From NCBI RefSeq assembly GCF_009914755.1, contig NC_060941.1: a DNA stretch of 64,000 nucleotides, one strand, 5' to 3'. The stretch comes from the human T2T-CHM13v2.0 reference genome, Homo sapiens. This document shows positions 32,120 through 49,252 of the stretch, piece after piece. The position numbers and the translations under genes were made by a program. Position 1 is the stretch's first letter. The number at the start of each line of letters is the position of its first letter. A model generated the notes under the pieces. It was not told the origin of the DNA. It made no database searches and was given only the letters and a program-made list of their open reading frames with translations.

Positions 32120-32345
32120 GGTCCTGGAACAGAAAAATGGCATTAGTGAAAAAGCTAGGAAAATCCAAATAAAGTCTGGAGTTCCGTTAACAGTGTTATA
32201 CAAATGTTAATTTTTTAATTTTAAAAGTACCATGGTTATGAAGATGTTAACATTAGGGGAAGCCGGGTTAAGGGTATATGGGAACTCTCTGTACTAACTT
32301 TGCAATGCCTCTGTAAATCTAAAATTCTTCAAAATAAAACTACCA
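32120..32345 (+). mobile_element. L1MC-type 3' end fragment
   Basis: GGGTATATGGGAACTCTCTGTACT...CTGTAAATCTAAAATT...AAAATAAAA. Confidence 0.7.
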
Positions 32346-32712
32346 AAGAAACACAAAGAAATAAGGTTGGGGCTACTGTCAACAGGATTTGCTGATCTCA
32401 CCATGTGTCTGTTATCTAGAAGCAAGTGGCTGAGTGATAGGCTGTCCTAGTAAAGACCCAGGGTGGTGCCAGGTAGGTGGACACCACTTTGCAAAGACTA
32501 AGTGATGTCAGGAAGGTTGCTGGCTGTGCTATGAATGGAACCAGAAACAACTTACAGTGTTTTCCCTTCATGGCTAAAAAACTCAAGGATCTATAGGCTA
32601 GAGGAGGGAAAGGATGGCTCAGATGGCATCAATGACCCACTCTCAGAATTATCATTCTTGTCCTCCTAATCAACAGTGTGAAGGTCTGGGCATGCAAGAA
32701 AGGAATGCTGCC

Positions 32713-33088
32713 TGCTGGGCACGGTGGCTCACACCTGTAATCCCAGCAATTTGGGAGGCCAAGGCAGTCGGATCACCTGAAGTCGGGAGTTCGAGACTAG
32801 CCTGACCAACATGCAGAAACCCCATCTTTACTAAAAATATAAAATTAGCTGGGCGTGATGGTGCATGCCTGTTATCCCAGCTACTTGGGAAGACTGAGGC
32901 AGGAGAATCACTTGAACCCAGGAGGCAGAGGTTGCAGTGAGCCAAGATCAGGCCATTGTACACCAGCCTGGGCAACAAGAGCAAAACTGTGTCTCAGAAA
33001 AAAAGAAGAAAGAAAGGAAGGAAGGAAGGAAGGAAGGAAGGAAGGAAGGAAGGAAGGAAGGAAAGAAGGAAAGAAAGGAGGGAAGGAA
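32713..33088 (+). repeat. Alu with (GGAA)n tail
   Basis: Alu consensus; GGAA microsatellite 33015-33062. Confidence 0.9.
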
Positions 33089-34090
33089 GCCACAGGGCAC
33101 AATGTCATAATCCCTTTAGAAGCTGAGATTTCTACCGTGCCATTTGAGGCTCCCTGTGGCATTAGGAAGAGACAGAAAAGGGGGTCAGAATGTCAGGCTG
33201 ATGACCGACCCTGAGACTCAGGGTGTCCTGTGATTGTTACCACACCCTGGTGTGGCCAGGAAAGGTACAGGAGGAACCAGAGAACACCTGGGGCACAATG
33301 CCCCGCGGAACGGTGGGCTGAAGAAGCTGCTACTCTAATCAGAGTCCCACCAAGGGTTGAAGAGCCTCAGGAACAGAGGTTAGAGTTGCCGCTCTGGATC
33401 CAGAACCCCAACCAGTGAGAGCCTGCCTGAAGACAGGAGAATAAGGACTGGGCAGGTGGAAGAAGGAAGCTGTAGCCACATGGCCGATGGCTGCATGACT
33501 GGCCTCCCATCTTTTTTCCCTTCCTTACTGCCAGAGCCCTATGGAATATTTACCTTTCCCCATTTTTTGAAGGAAGAATTACTGTCTTTAATGTTTTTCC
33601 TTTCTCATTCCTCATCTTTTCCTTCTCTTGAGCAGAGTATATGGAGGGTGGTTGAATTGACACCAGCTTGCAGAATGGTGAGATGGAGTCAGGATGGAAT
33701 TGGGAAGTGGAGATCCTGGATTTTGACCACAGAGGCCCTGTGACCTCACCCTTGGCATTTGGGCTGTGACCAGCTGGGGAAGGGAGGCTGCAGCTGTAGT
33801 ATGTAGGATGACTATTAGATTAGGTTTGTTTTCAGAGACTTGCTTTCATTTCTATCTAGTAAACCCTACAAGCCAGAAACTTGGATGCCATCCTTGACAA
33901 CTCATTCTCCCTCACTCATAACTCAAAGAAGTGTCAAGATCTGAAAACTTTATTTCCCAAAGAACTCATCAGCTTACCTACCGCCCCCGAGACTTATGGC
34001 CACTGCCCTAATTCAGGCCTTCCTCACCTAACCCCTGATGGAAAAATCACCTCCTTAACTGCCACTCTGCCTTTACTCTTTCCCTGTTCA

Positions 34091-34437
<347 letters not shown>

Positions 34438-34599
34438 TCATTCCCAGCAAATAAGTTTGTTTAGTTCAGCAAACAAGACCCCTCTAATCACCTCCAAGCC
34501 CTCTCTAGCAGCAGATCCTAAGGATCTAGAGCTTTTGACATTCCCACTCCAACCTGATTGGTGCTCCCATTCAAACCATGGTCCTTTCTCATATCATGC

Positions 34600-35320
34600 C
34601 TTTGTTTATACTGGCCCACCAGAAGTGCCATCCATCCACCCACTGACAACTTAACCCTTTAGAACTCAGCTCTGGATATCACCTCCTTCTAAAGGCCTTT
34701 CCTGTCTTCCTTCCCAGGACTCAACGCACCCCTTCAGCAAGATTAGGTAGCCCTCCTATGGGATTCCATCATAGCCCTTGCAGACCTCTCCGCTGTTGCA
34801 CTGAGCGTATTGTATTGTGAGTGCTGGTTTGTCTGCGGCTCTTTCAGTCCTTTCCTTGCTGACAAGGCCCAGGAATTGGTCTGATCCATCACTACATTCC
34901 CAGTCCTTAGCAGGATCCAGCCTCCCTTCTGCTAACCAGAATCTGCTTAAATACCGTCCTAGGCTTCCTATTGCCCTTAGGATAAAGAAGAAAGTTCCTA
35001 ACTGAGTTCACCGAAAGGTCCTTCAAGACTTGACCCCAATCTCCCTCTCTAGCCTCATGCTTTTCCAGACCCCATTCTGCACCCCTCGACGGCATTTACA
35101 TTGACATTGTTCATTGCCCTGAATGTCTCTCGGCTGTGTGTTCCTACACTGCCCTTGACTCTCCCCATTGTAGCATTTATGGACTTAATTGTAAATTGTT
35201 TCATGTCTTCTCCACTAAATTCCATGAAAATAGGAGCCATGTTCGTCTTGCACACTCTTCCATCCATAGTGCCCAGCACTAACAGACTACTTGACAATAT
35301 TAAAGAAATCATGAAATCAT
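34600..35320. repeat. L2 fragments
   Basis: ATCACCTCCTTCT...CCTTTCCTG; AGTGCCCAGCAC...ACTTGACAATATT. Confidence 0.5.
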
Positions 35321-35462
35321 AACTTCACAAACTCTTGTTGTCATCAGGCCATCTGGGGTGATCTAAATGACTAGGAACAGGACCATAGGGTAGGACATGA
35401 TATGGAGGGACAGGACCACCCAACCCTGGCCCCCAGCCCAAACTACTCTGGCGTGGAAATGC

Positions 35463-35468
35463 TTTATT
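35463..35468 (-). terminator. GNGT2: GNGT2 poly(A) signal AATAAA
   Basis: TTTATT on plus, ~370 nt past the stop codon. Confidence 0.7.
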
Positions 35469-35839
35469 CCTAGGATGAGAGTAGAGGGAAAAGACGGAGG
35501 GGTTCCCAGGTGGTGTAAGTGCTTCCTAAGGACTGCCCTCTGGGGTCTTGGGGTATTGCAGGCTTCTCACACCCCACCACCCATGGGGCCAACCGCTCGG
35601 CCAGCCACACTGTCCTCAGAGTGTTCCCAGCAAGGTCAGCAGAGACCCAGCAGGTGGAGGAAATAATGGGAGAAAAGAGTTGAAGGTGGGAGTGGGGAAT
35701 GGGTTCACAATGCATTTGTTCAGGGATCTTTACTCATTCTGTGATGAAGAGAAGGTGACAGTTCACTGGCTCCCTGGGGGTCTAGGAGACTTGGGCTTGG
35801 CTGAAGAGGGACAGACACTCAGGGCAGGGCTCCATGCCA

Positions 35840-35965
35840 TCAGCTTATCAGACAGCCACCTTTCTCCTTGAAGGGATTCTTGTCCTCAGGGATGCCTTTG
35901 AGAAAAGGATCGTTTCCTGCTTGGGCCTCCACGTACTCCTTGATTTCCTTTCCCGCTTTGGAAAT
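35840..35965 (-). CDS. GNGT2: G protein gamma-T2, last coding exon
   Basis: cgcag|ISKAGKEIKEYVEAQAGNDPFLKGIPEDKNPFKEKGGCLIS*; NPF and CAAX (CLIS). Confidence 0.97.
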   Translation of the reverse strand: MSKAGKEIKEYVEAQAGNDPFLKGIPEDKNPFKEKGGCLIS

Positions 35966-36421
35966 CTGCGAGAACACAAAAAATGTTTTAGGTCCTTGTT
36001 ACTGTCTCTGGGTCCATGATTTGGTCAGTGCCAGAAAAACAGGCTTCTGGGCAGGGCAGAGACAGGGGCCAAAGAGGAGAAAGACACAGAGGACAGACAG
36101 GTGTTCGGGGGTGTGAGTTCCTTGATCTGACCCACAACACTGACCCTGACCTTCATGGGCTGCTTGGCCAGAGCCAGCCCAGACACAGGGCTGGACACGC
36201 TGAGCTCTCCAAGGCCCTGAAGCTCTCTCCTGTGCTCAGGGAGGCTGGCACCTTCACAGGGTCAACCCCAGCCTTTCTCTGCATCCTACCCCATCCCAGA
36301 GGTACCTCCTGCTGCTTCTGCAGCCCTGGAACAGTCCCACCACCCTTTCTGGTCACTTCCTCCTTCCCGGGGCTCATCAGGAACAGGAAGGGAAGAGCAG
36401 GGATGGGGCGAGGAGGCTCAC

Positions 36422-36505
36422 CGGAATTCTTGTGTTTTTCACTTCTTTCTTCAGCTGCTCCACCTCCATCTTCAACAGGTCCTTCTCGCTGAGATCCTGG
36501 GCCAT
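36422..36505 (-). CDS. GNGT2: G protein gamma-T2, first coding exon
   Basis: MAQDLSEKDLLKMEVEQLKKEVKNTRIP|gtgag; exon acceptor at 36511; 28+41=69 aa. Confidence 0.97.
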
Positions 36506-36761
36506 CCTGCCCTAGACAGACCTGATCCTGGAAAGGATTCAGCAGCCAGGATCATAAATCTCATCAGCTCTTCCAGCTCCCTCCACACCTCGACTTCTAG
36601 CATCTTCCCTGCCATATCCCTCAGTTCAGGCCCCTCATCATTCAACAGATATTCACTCCATCCTTGCATGCCCTGCTTCTTCAAGAGTCTGGGCTCAGGA
36701 GGGGAGGAAGCTCCCAGTCTGATGGGGGAGGCACCATTTTTGCCTTTGGATTGTCTGTCTA

Positions 36762-37559
<798 letters not shown>

Positions 37560-37574
37560 AGAGAGAGAGAGACA

Positions 37575-37800
37575 AGGGGGTCTGGAGCTTACCAGACTCC
37601 AACTCTGATCTGCTGCTTCCTTACTGCTTTCTCAGTGTGGCCTTAGGGAAGTCACTCAACCTCTTTGAGTATTAGTTTCCCCAGCTGCAAATGGGTATTA
37701 AAAAAACCTACCACATGCAATTATTGTGGGTACTAAGAAAATAATGTCTATAAAATATTATAATATACTACCTGGCACATAATGAACACTTAATACACTT
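37575..37800 (+). repeat. MIR
   Basis: GAAGTCACTCAACCTCTTTGAG...AGTTTCCCCAGCTGCAAATGGG...CCTGGCACATAAT. Confidence 0.7.
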
Positions 37801-37927
37801 ATTATTATCACTAATAATGCTATTGTTATTATTATCACTGCAGGGTTATCAGGAAGGCCTTCCTGGTGCCTAGCCCCAGTGATACTAAGAGTAGATCCCA
37901 GCCCAGTGCAACCTCAGCCCCTCTCAC

Positions 37928-38037
37928 CTGCCACAGAAGAGCACACTCTCCAAGTCACTTGTCCTGGACTCAGGTAAGATAGTGTTTGAGCCTCCTAGTT
38001 CTTCATCAGCTGAAAATCTTCAGATAAAGCAGATGGC
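37928..38037 (-). other. GNGT2: Probable GNGT2 non-coding 5'UTR exon
   Basis: Minus-strand acceptor ttttggtttccag and donor CAG|gtgaga; a further strong donor gg|gtaagt at 38290. Confidence 0.5.
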
Positions 38038-39299
38038 CTGGAAACCAAAATCTCTGATGCCTAAGCTGATCATAGGCTCAAAGTTCTAAGCCCATCACCC
38101 GCTTGAGCCTTCAAGCCCTCACTACAGCAGAGCAGAGAGACAGACATTCTCCCCACAAAAACAAACGCGAAAACAGAAGCCACCTTTTCACCACCTTGCC
38201 TTGCGTTAGCCTCACACTTTTGGTGACCTCACTAGCTTAGAGCCCGCAGCGCTTCTATTTCTCCACCTCCACCCTGCAGCCCCACTTACCCCGCTTCGCC
38301 TGCTTTCTCCTCCTTCCCTTCCCACCTCTGAGCATGCTCTGAGGCTGTCCTTCCTCCTGAGGCAAGTCCTAGACCGGCCCCTAACCTCCTTAACCAAGAT
38401 GCTTTGTGTTGCCCATTGGATCCCCACAGTTTCACCTTACGAAGTTCTCCTAGCTCACTCTTCATCCACTCATTCAATAAAAATGTCCTTGCTCACCAAG
38501 CTGTGCCACTTAGTACTTGGGGCGTGGCCACCTCTAATGCCTCTGTTCAAGCTTCTTTGCTGCCATGCCTCCCTCTGAGCCCTGAATGTGGGTTCCTGAG
38601 CACAGAACCCACATCCTGGTTTTTTTCTTGCTGTCCCCCCAGGACCACCCAAGGGCTATGCCATTTAACAGACATTGAGCTCCTGCTCTGGTTGACACCC
38701 ATCCAATGACAAGGGACCCGCTGGAGGAGCAAAAGTTAAGGGACCAATATGGTCAATGGGAGGTCCTCTTATTCTCCTGTCTCTAGGATGACAGGCTTGG
38801 TGGTGGGAGGGGCAGAGAGGAGGCCCGCCATCCATCCTAACTTCCGTGCTCCAGGACCCAGTCCAACTCTCAGCTGGGAGCTCTAAGAATTTGAAATCAG
38901 AACAGGATCCTGGAGGTTGTCTGGTACAACTGTCCTGTTAATGCGTGAACCACAGCCCATACCTCCTAGGCAGGCTCAGTGCTCTGTCCACCGCTGCTTC
39001 CTAAAACCGCAAGTTGATCTGAAATTTGAACCTGGTGCTTCTCAAATCCAAGTCCTTCCTGTTGTCTAATCTGAGTCCCTCACATTACGCTTGGTCAATT
39101 TCATCTTGTCCTGCCTTCATCTGCACAGAGCGTGTAGGGCAGATCTTCATCACACACAACCCTTCGCAGGCTTGCTAACACCCCTCTGGCAACCTCTCTG
39201 GTCATGTCTTCCCGGTGTCCAACCCTGACCCCTCTTGCTGCCGCATCGGCTGTTTTCTATTTTTGCTGTGCTGCTGCCCCACAGTCCTCTGGTATGACG

Positions 39300-39975
<676 letters not shown>

Positions 39976-40559
39976 TGAGCCCTGCCCCAAGTGGGGCCCT
40001 GGGACCCATCCTGACAGTGCTTGTCCTGGGCCTTGGCTGAGAAATCCTCCCATTCCAGGCTTCGGCTTCATCCCAGACCCCAATACTTAACCCTGACCCC
40101 ATACTACCCAAGCCCCCACTGTGCCCCTTCTGTCTCTCAGAGCCTCAGAGATGCCTGGGACAGACAGTGCGATTCCATCCTGTTCTCAGGTGTCACCTCA
40201 GGTTCATCCTTCTGAGTTCCCACGGGTCAATCCAGAGACCCAAAGCCTCCGTCCTCACACAGATGCTGGCGATCATTCTATTTCCAGGCCGGCTCTGGGT
40301 GAGGCTTCAGAAGAACTTCCCAAACAGCACAGTGAACCTGAGATGGACAAGGGAAAGGGGCTCTTTCCCTGAGTTTGGGAAAGGGAGAGTGGGGATAAGG
40401 CAGAGTAGGCTGGGCTAAAGAGAGGGGATCTCATGCAGAGGCAGGGGGATGGCCCACATAACTGCTGGGAGCAGGCTTCTAGCAACAGATAGGGAGGTGG
40501 CATTGTAGAACAGGTTTTAAATTGTGTGGTTGTCCTGGGGCTGAGAACATAGATTCCTG

Positions 40560-41027
<468 letters not shown>

Positions 41028-41032
41028 CAGCC

Positions 41033-41398
<366 letters not shown>

Positions 41399-41619
41399 TG
41401 ACTTTACGACAGTTTATTAGCACTCTCTGTCCCCGGTTTCCTCTGCTCCCTGAAGAGCTGCAGACTAACCTTGTTACCCCTTGGGCAAAACTTTATTTTT
41501 CTAACCTGTACTAACCAAACTATGAGAACAGGCACAGGGACCTTGTAGCATAGTAAGAATGTTGAAAAAAGAAGTAAATGAGTAACAAGTGCTCATGGGA
41601 AATGGCAGATTAAAGACAG

Positions 41620-41855
41620 TCAGTAATGACAGCAGTTAAAATGCTCTGGACCCTTCTTTTGGGCCAGGCATGTTACCAGCATGGCCTCCCTTCATCCTCA
41701 TCTGAAGTCCGGTGAGGCGAGTCCCATGCCCACTTCACAGTGAGGAAGCTGAGGTTTGGAAAGGTTAAGTCACTTTCCCAGAAGTCTCCTAGCTAGTGTC
41801 AGAGCCTGAATTCAAACGCAGAAATCTGATTCCAGAGCCCACTCCCTATGCCACT
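41620..41855 (-). repeat. MIR
   Basis: TGAGGAAGCTGAGGTTTGGAAAGGTTAAGTCACTT...GAATTCAAAC...TCTGATTCCAGAGCC. Confidence 0.7.
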
Positions 41856-43510
41856 AACTGAAAATGCTACTCTGGGTATCATTTCGGTCTGTGTAGATGT
41901 TGAGTGACCACCTGCAGATGAGACAGAATGAGGCTTGCAAACCAGCTCATTCTCCTAGCATGGAAAGGCATGTTTCCTCTATGGACAAGGATCCAAGCAG
42001 TCCTTTCCATTCCTTCCATAACTTCTGCACACCTCAAAGAGCTTCCACAGGGCTCTCATTTGCACACACAGTGTGCACACACAATTTGGGGTCGCAAAGA
42101 CCTAAGTCAAATTTCCAGTTCTGCCACCTACCAACTACAGGAACTGTGGCAAGTTTCTCCTCTGATTCTCATGCCTGCCTTCAGTGGTGGCTCCATGGAT
42201 TCAATATAAAAATGTATCAAAGCATTCAGCCTAGTGCCAGCCCCTTCAGAAGAGCAGGATAAATGGCAGCTCTTACAATGACCATCACTACCATTCATTG
42301 GAAGGATGGATAATAAGAATCAGTTCTAGGGAGGAGAAGCTGTCCTTGCAAAAATATGCAGGGCATGAGAAGCCCTGACCCAAGTTGGAATCCTTGGACT
42401 CCTGCTTCCTTCGTGCAGAGTACTAACTACTAGAACACACAACTTGTTACCTTTCCTGGCCTTTCTGAGGATCTTTATCTAGGCAAATGCCTAGGAAGGT
42501 TCTGGATCTCAGAACTGCTGTTACCTAAGGCCTGATTCCCCTACCCTCCAACCCCACCTGCAGCCCCTCTCTCCCCACACCACCCAGATGCTAGGAAACC
42601 CATGGGGTATTAGGGAAGGCAGACCAGGGTCACCTGCAGAGTTCTCAGCCAGGGTTGACTGAGTTTACAGACACGGTAATTTGCATGATGAACAAGCACT
42701 CAGCCGCAGAGATGGATCTCAGACACCTGTCCCTGCGGACCTAACTTTGGGCTAAGAGCAAAGCCAGGGGTCGGTAGGTGTTCAGGCTGCAGATGCCCAG
42801 AGCTGGGCCCAAGCAGACACTTTTCCTGTTTGGGCCAACAATTCCACATGTTCGTTTGGGGAGGAAACTGTACAGAAGAAGGCAGGCAAGCTAAGAAATC
42901 TGGGTGGAGATGAAGGAGCAGTCACTGCTCAGTTCTGGGCCTGTTTCCTCATTTAGTAAAGGAAGGTCCTGAACTAAATCAAAATCTGCTCTCCTGTCTG
43001 GTGTTAATATCCTGGGTTGATTTCTTTGCCTATTCAATCTTCTTGGTGACCTATGCTGAGGAGATGTAAGTTTTGGTGCATATGCTAATGAGATGTAAAT
43101 GACATGCAAATGAGCATCTCTTTCCTGCTGTTGGAAAAGAAAGACAAGGAGGAGAGAGCCATCGCATGGGCTGCCCAGAAGGTTCTGGCTCAGGCTCCAT
43201 TAGAGGCTCCCAGGTGTCTCAGACCTTGCTCTGAGAGTTTGTAGGTCTGTTCTCCATTGACAGGCCCTGAGGGGCACCCGAGGGCTCAAGCAAGGGGACC
43301 CCAGTGTGCAGCCTTGCCTGTTGGCCCACTGGCCCTACTCCACATTCACCCTGGACTTGCCCCCTACCTGCCTTAGAAAGGTACAGGCTAGAGTATGGCA
43401 ACTCCATGACCCGACCAGAGATGAGGAAGCTGCCCGGGGAACCAAAAGACCGGAGAAGTTTTGCCCTAGCCCCCACTGCCTGATCTGGGACCAACAAAAA
43501 AAAATTTCTT

Positions 43511-44490
<980 letters not shown>

Positions 44491-44577
44491 AAAGTCCCTC
44501 TGTTCTGGGCCTCAGTTTCCTTATTTGAGTTCCCAGACACCAATCTGCAGACTGGAGCTAAACAGTCACATGGAAAG

Positions 44578-44880
44578 CTTTTTTTTTTGGTTTGATTTTG
44601 AGACAGGGTCTCACTCTGTCACGCAGGCTGGAGTGCAGTGATGTGATTTTGGCTCACTGCAACCTCCGCCTCCCGGGTTCAAGTGATTCTCATGCCTCAG
44701 CCTCCTGAGTAGCTGGGATTACAGGCAGGCACCACCATGCCTGGCTAATTTTTGTATTTTTAGTAGAGACGAGGTTTTGCCATTGTAGCCAGGCTGGTCT
44801 CAAACTCCCGACCTCAAGTGATTTGCCCGCCTGGGCCTCCCAAAGTAGTGGGATTACAGGTGTAAGCCACCGTGCCTGAC
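44578..44880 (-). repeat. Alu
   Basis: Reverse Alu consensus. Confidence 0.9.
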
Positions 44881-44905
44881 ATGGTTTGTTGTGTTTAAAA
44901 ATGTC

Positions 44906-45214
<309 letters not shown>

Positions 45215-45614
45215 GAATGTCTGCTCTAGCCAGTGTTGCCTTCCTCTTTCCTTTCTACTATTCACCCCCACTCCAACCCCTAAAAGGACAGCCTGTTACT
45301 GAAGTCTTCAGGAGGGTTGTACTATCATCTGTACTCAGTCCTCAGCTTAACTATTTGAGAATGGGTATCTTTCCCTCCCTTTGCATCCATTCCCCAAGGC
45401 TGCAGATTCACTTTTTTAAAGTGAATTTAAAGTGATGTTGTAGCAAGTTCCTCTTGCTACATCATTCTGCTGGGAGCCACCTCAAACATCTAAGGGTTGC
45501 TGCTCTCTCCCAATCCAGCCCCTACTTTCCCTATATCCTCTCCCATCCCACCCCAGCCAGCCAAGGACCCAGTGGAAGATGCTGGCCCTTAGGCCAGGGC
45601 TGTGTGTATTTCAG

Positions 45615-45782
45615 GCCACAGACAAGCGGAAGGCGCTGGAGGAGACCATGGCCTTCACTACCCAGGCACTGGCCAGCGTGGCCTACCAGGTGGGCAACCT
45701 GGCCGGGCACACTCTGCGCATGTTGGACCTGCAGGGGGCCGCCCTGCGGCAGGTGGAAGCCCGTGTAAGCACGCTGGGCCAG
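45615..45782 (+). CDS. ABI3: ABI3 coding exon 2
   Basis: tcag|ATDKRKALEETMAFTTQALASVAYQV...VSTLGQ|gtaagg; 168 nt. Confidence 0.97.
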
Positions 45783-46822
45783 GTAAGGGGCGTGGGGCGT
45801 GGGAAGGCATCTTGTGTCAGGCCTCAACTCTTCAGCCCGACTCAGACATTTTCTACATCAAAAGTTCCTTCCTGCTTTCCTCCATGTCCAAATGCCCAAC
45901 TCTACAGCAGAAGGTTGGCACTTCCCAAGCTTTTTGGACCTCCTTATCTCTGTGGCTACGCTACAAATTCCCCGAAGGCAGAGCTTTTTCTTTCTCGGAA
46001 TTATATCCTGGACATGAGAAAGTGTTATCTACCAATCACAGCAGCGCCCTATACAGGAAAGAAGCAAATGAACCCTGTTTGCATCTAAATACAAGCAGTG
46101 CCCTCATAAATATCCCAGACCCAGGGTGCTAGCTTGACAAGGTCATCTTCAGCCCTGGAAGCACAGCCACCACTATACAGTATACACCCTCCACCCCGCC
46201 ACAGTGTTCTAGCGCACACACCCTCCTCCTTCCTTCCTGGATCCTTGACCGAGGAATTGCCCCATAAAGCACATGCACAGACCCAGCCACACATTTGGCC
46301 TGGCCTGTACATCACCCACATGTTCAGTGGGTGGGGTGTGTCTTTTCCTCCCCCGCCGCAGACCAGAGTTCCCACCCTTTCGAACTGTAGGCTTTCTCCA
46401 TGGAACATTCTGAGAGGAAGTCAATTTACTTATTTGTCCCCCAAAGGGGAGAGCTGATCCAGCCACCATTCTCTGCCACCTCCATATTCTCCCCCTCTGC
46501 TCCGAAGTCAGCCGGGTGCTTGTCTCCTCCCAGCATCCCTAGGGATGTTGTGTTTTCTCTTTTCCTCCTGTTCCTGCACAGCTAATAATAACCCATACTC
46601 TCTTTCCACCAGGAAGTTGCTCCAAAGTGGCTCCATCCTTTCCTGCTACTTTTCCCAATTGCTATGTAGCCTGGTGGGGGGCGGGGGGCGGGGGGCAGGG
46701 CCCTCTTTTTCTAGACCTGGCTGCCTCCCCCCCCCAGCCCAGTCTTTATCTTCTTCCTCCTTAGGGGGAAGGGTGCTGGACACAGACCACCCCTCTCTGT
46801 CACCTTGAACCCTGTCATGCAG

Positions 46823-46999
46823 ATGGTGAACATGCATATGGAGAAGGTGGCCCGAAGGGAGATCGGCACCTTAGCCACTGTCCAGCGGCTGCCCCCCGGC
46901 CAGAAGGTCATCGCCCCAGAGAACCTACCCCCTCTCACGCCCTACTGCAGGAGACCCCTCAACTTTGGCTGCCTGGACGACATTGGCCATGGGATCAAG
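46823..46999 (+). CDS. ABI3: ABI3 coding exon 3 (Abi HHR)
   Basis: gcag|MVNMHMEKVARREIG...LDDIGHGIK|gtagag; 177 nt. Confidence 0.97.
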
Positions 47000-47671
47000 G
47001 TAGAGAGAGGGGCCCTCCTCTTTCCCTCCAACCCACCCTCTCGTGCCTTGTGGCCCCTTTCCCTCCAGAACCCCAGTTCTGCAAGTTTTGTCCCCACTTG
47101 CCACTCCTTTCTTTCCCCGCTCCCTGAAACCACCACTCTGAGCTCTTCTCCCTCTCCCTAGATTTTGTAATCCCTCCCTCCAAAACTGGTCTGTACCATC
47201 CTCGGAGGATCTGCTGAGTGTGAGATCCTGAGCACCCCTCGCCCCCCCGCCCTGCCCCTGTGGGCACCGGGCGTGTGGGAAGGGGAAGAGGGGGAAGGGA
47301 GGATGTCAGGGTGTGCATGAGAATGGCTCCCAGCCACATGAGAACAGCAACTTCCTCTGTCTGGGGGTTTGAGGTCACTGCACTGAGCAGTCACCCCAGA
47401 GCTGCTGTTGGTGAGAAGAAGCGGGGATACAGCCACACAAAGGGGACTTGGTGAAGGGAGGGGAGCATGGCGCTGGCGTCTTCTCAGCCTATGTCCTTCT
47501 GCGAGGTCAGAAAGGGCACGCACTCACACCCGTCCCACCTTCAATTCCTGTCTCCACACCTTAACATTTCTGTATCAAAATGAGCCCCTTGATATCCTTA
47601 ACTTATCAGCCCCCCTTAAAGGGGAAACGACATTCTCCCCTTCAACCACCAGGCCTCCTTCCCACCAGTAG

Positions 47672-48000
<329 letters not shown>

Positions 48001-48623
48001 CAACTTATATTCTTTGTGCTTCAGCTCAAATCTCTTTTGTCTTGCCCCTGGTGAAGCCCATGGGGTAACACTGTACCCACCCCTTGGGGAAGTCCCATTG
48101 GTAACAGCAGTTCCCTCTTTCATGTAGGCGTGCACCCTGTCATTTGCGCATCCCCTCTAAGTGGCCTGGGTCTTGCTCCTCTCTGCCCTAACTCCCCAAA
48201 GCCAGTTCCACAAATCTTCGAAAATGAAAGGTGGGACACTTCTAAGTGTGATGTGTCCTCTCCTTTCTCCGCCCCCTCCTCAGCCCGATCAAAGTTAGGG
48301 ACCACCAAGCCAGGGCCCCAGCTTCCTGGGCTCTGAGATGGTCTGGGGGAGGGACAGGGGTGCTGGGCCCACTCAACCCGCTGTGGCTGTGCAGAGGAAG
48401 TGGCTGTGGGCTTTGGTAGAACTGAGTCCCAGAACCCAGGCAATGACAAGGGGGTGGGGTGGGGGAAGTGTAGGAGAGGGGCCTGAGAAGTGGAAGTGGG
48501 AACTGGCTATGCCGGGCTCTCCCTCCCGGTTCCCGTCCGCCCCTCCTCCATTTCCTCTTGGGGATGAGGGTGGAGGGAGGCCCCTCACCCCAAATGTAAG
48601 CCCTACCTCCCGCTCCCTCGCAG

Positions 48624-48709
48624 GACCTCAGCACGCAGCTGTCAAGAACAGGCACCCTGTCTCGAAAGAGCATCAAGGCCCCTGCCACACCCGCCTCCGC
48701 CACCTTGGG
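48624..48709 (+). CDS. ABI3: ABI3 coding exon 4
   Basis: gcag|DLSTQLSRTGTLSRKSIKAPATPASATL|gtgagg; 86 nt. Confidence 0.95.
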
Positions 48710-48941
48710 GTGAGGCCTCGCCGCGACGCCAACTAGCCTAGCCCTGCCCCGCGCGACCCTGAAACTCTCCTCCCCCAGCCTCGCCACCCACCCCTGGCGC
48801 CCCCGGGTGCTCAGGCCGTCATGCTGGATGCCTGGCGCCAAACCTCCCCCTCGGCCACCTGCCCTTCCTGCTCGCACCCGACCCCTGCTGGCCAGAAGCC
48901 TTCCTCCTTCCTCCTAATACCCACTCCCTGCCCCCCGCCAG

Positions 48942-49037
48942 GAGACCACCCCGGATTCCCGAGCCAGTGCACCTGCCGGTGGTGCCCGACGGCAGACTCT
49001 CCGCCGCCTCCTCTGCGTCTTCCCTGGCCTCGGCCGG
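48942..49037 (+). CDS. ABI3: ABI3 coding exon 5
   Basis: ccag|RPPRIPEPVHLPVVPDGRLSAASSASSLASA|gtgaga; 96 nt; codon 209 = TCT. Confidence 0.95.
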
Positions 49038-49252
49038 GTGAGACCTACAAGCCCACGTGGGTGGGTGGGGGGTGGGAAGTGGCTTTTGAGAGGGGCCACC
49101 TGCCAGTGGTCATAGTGACTCCTGGGCTTGAAAGGACCCAGTTACTCCTGGGTCACACGTGCAGGGCTGGGGTCAGGATTGGAGGGGTGGGGCCAGTTGG
49201 GGATGCTGCATTAGGGAAGGCGTGTCCGCCAACCGGGCTCTCTGGTGTTCAG

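Larger units (their letters stand above)
31700..33500 (+). mobile_element. Ancient ERVL-class internal remnant (integrase region), interrupted
   Basis: Translation WKGHRIVLTGIGTYSGIEFVFPA resembles ERVL integrase WKGQRFVLTGIDTYSGYGFAFPA; limits uncertain. Confidence 0.6.
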
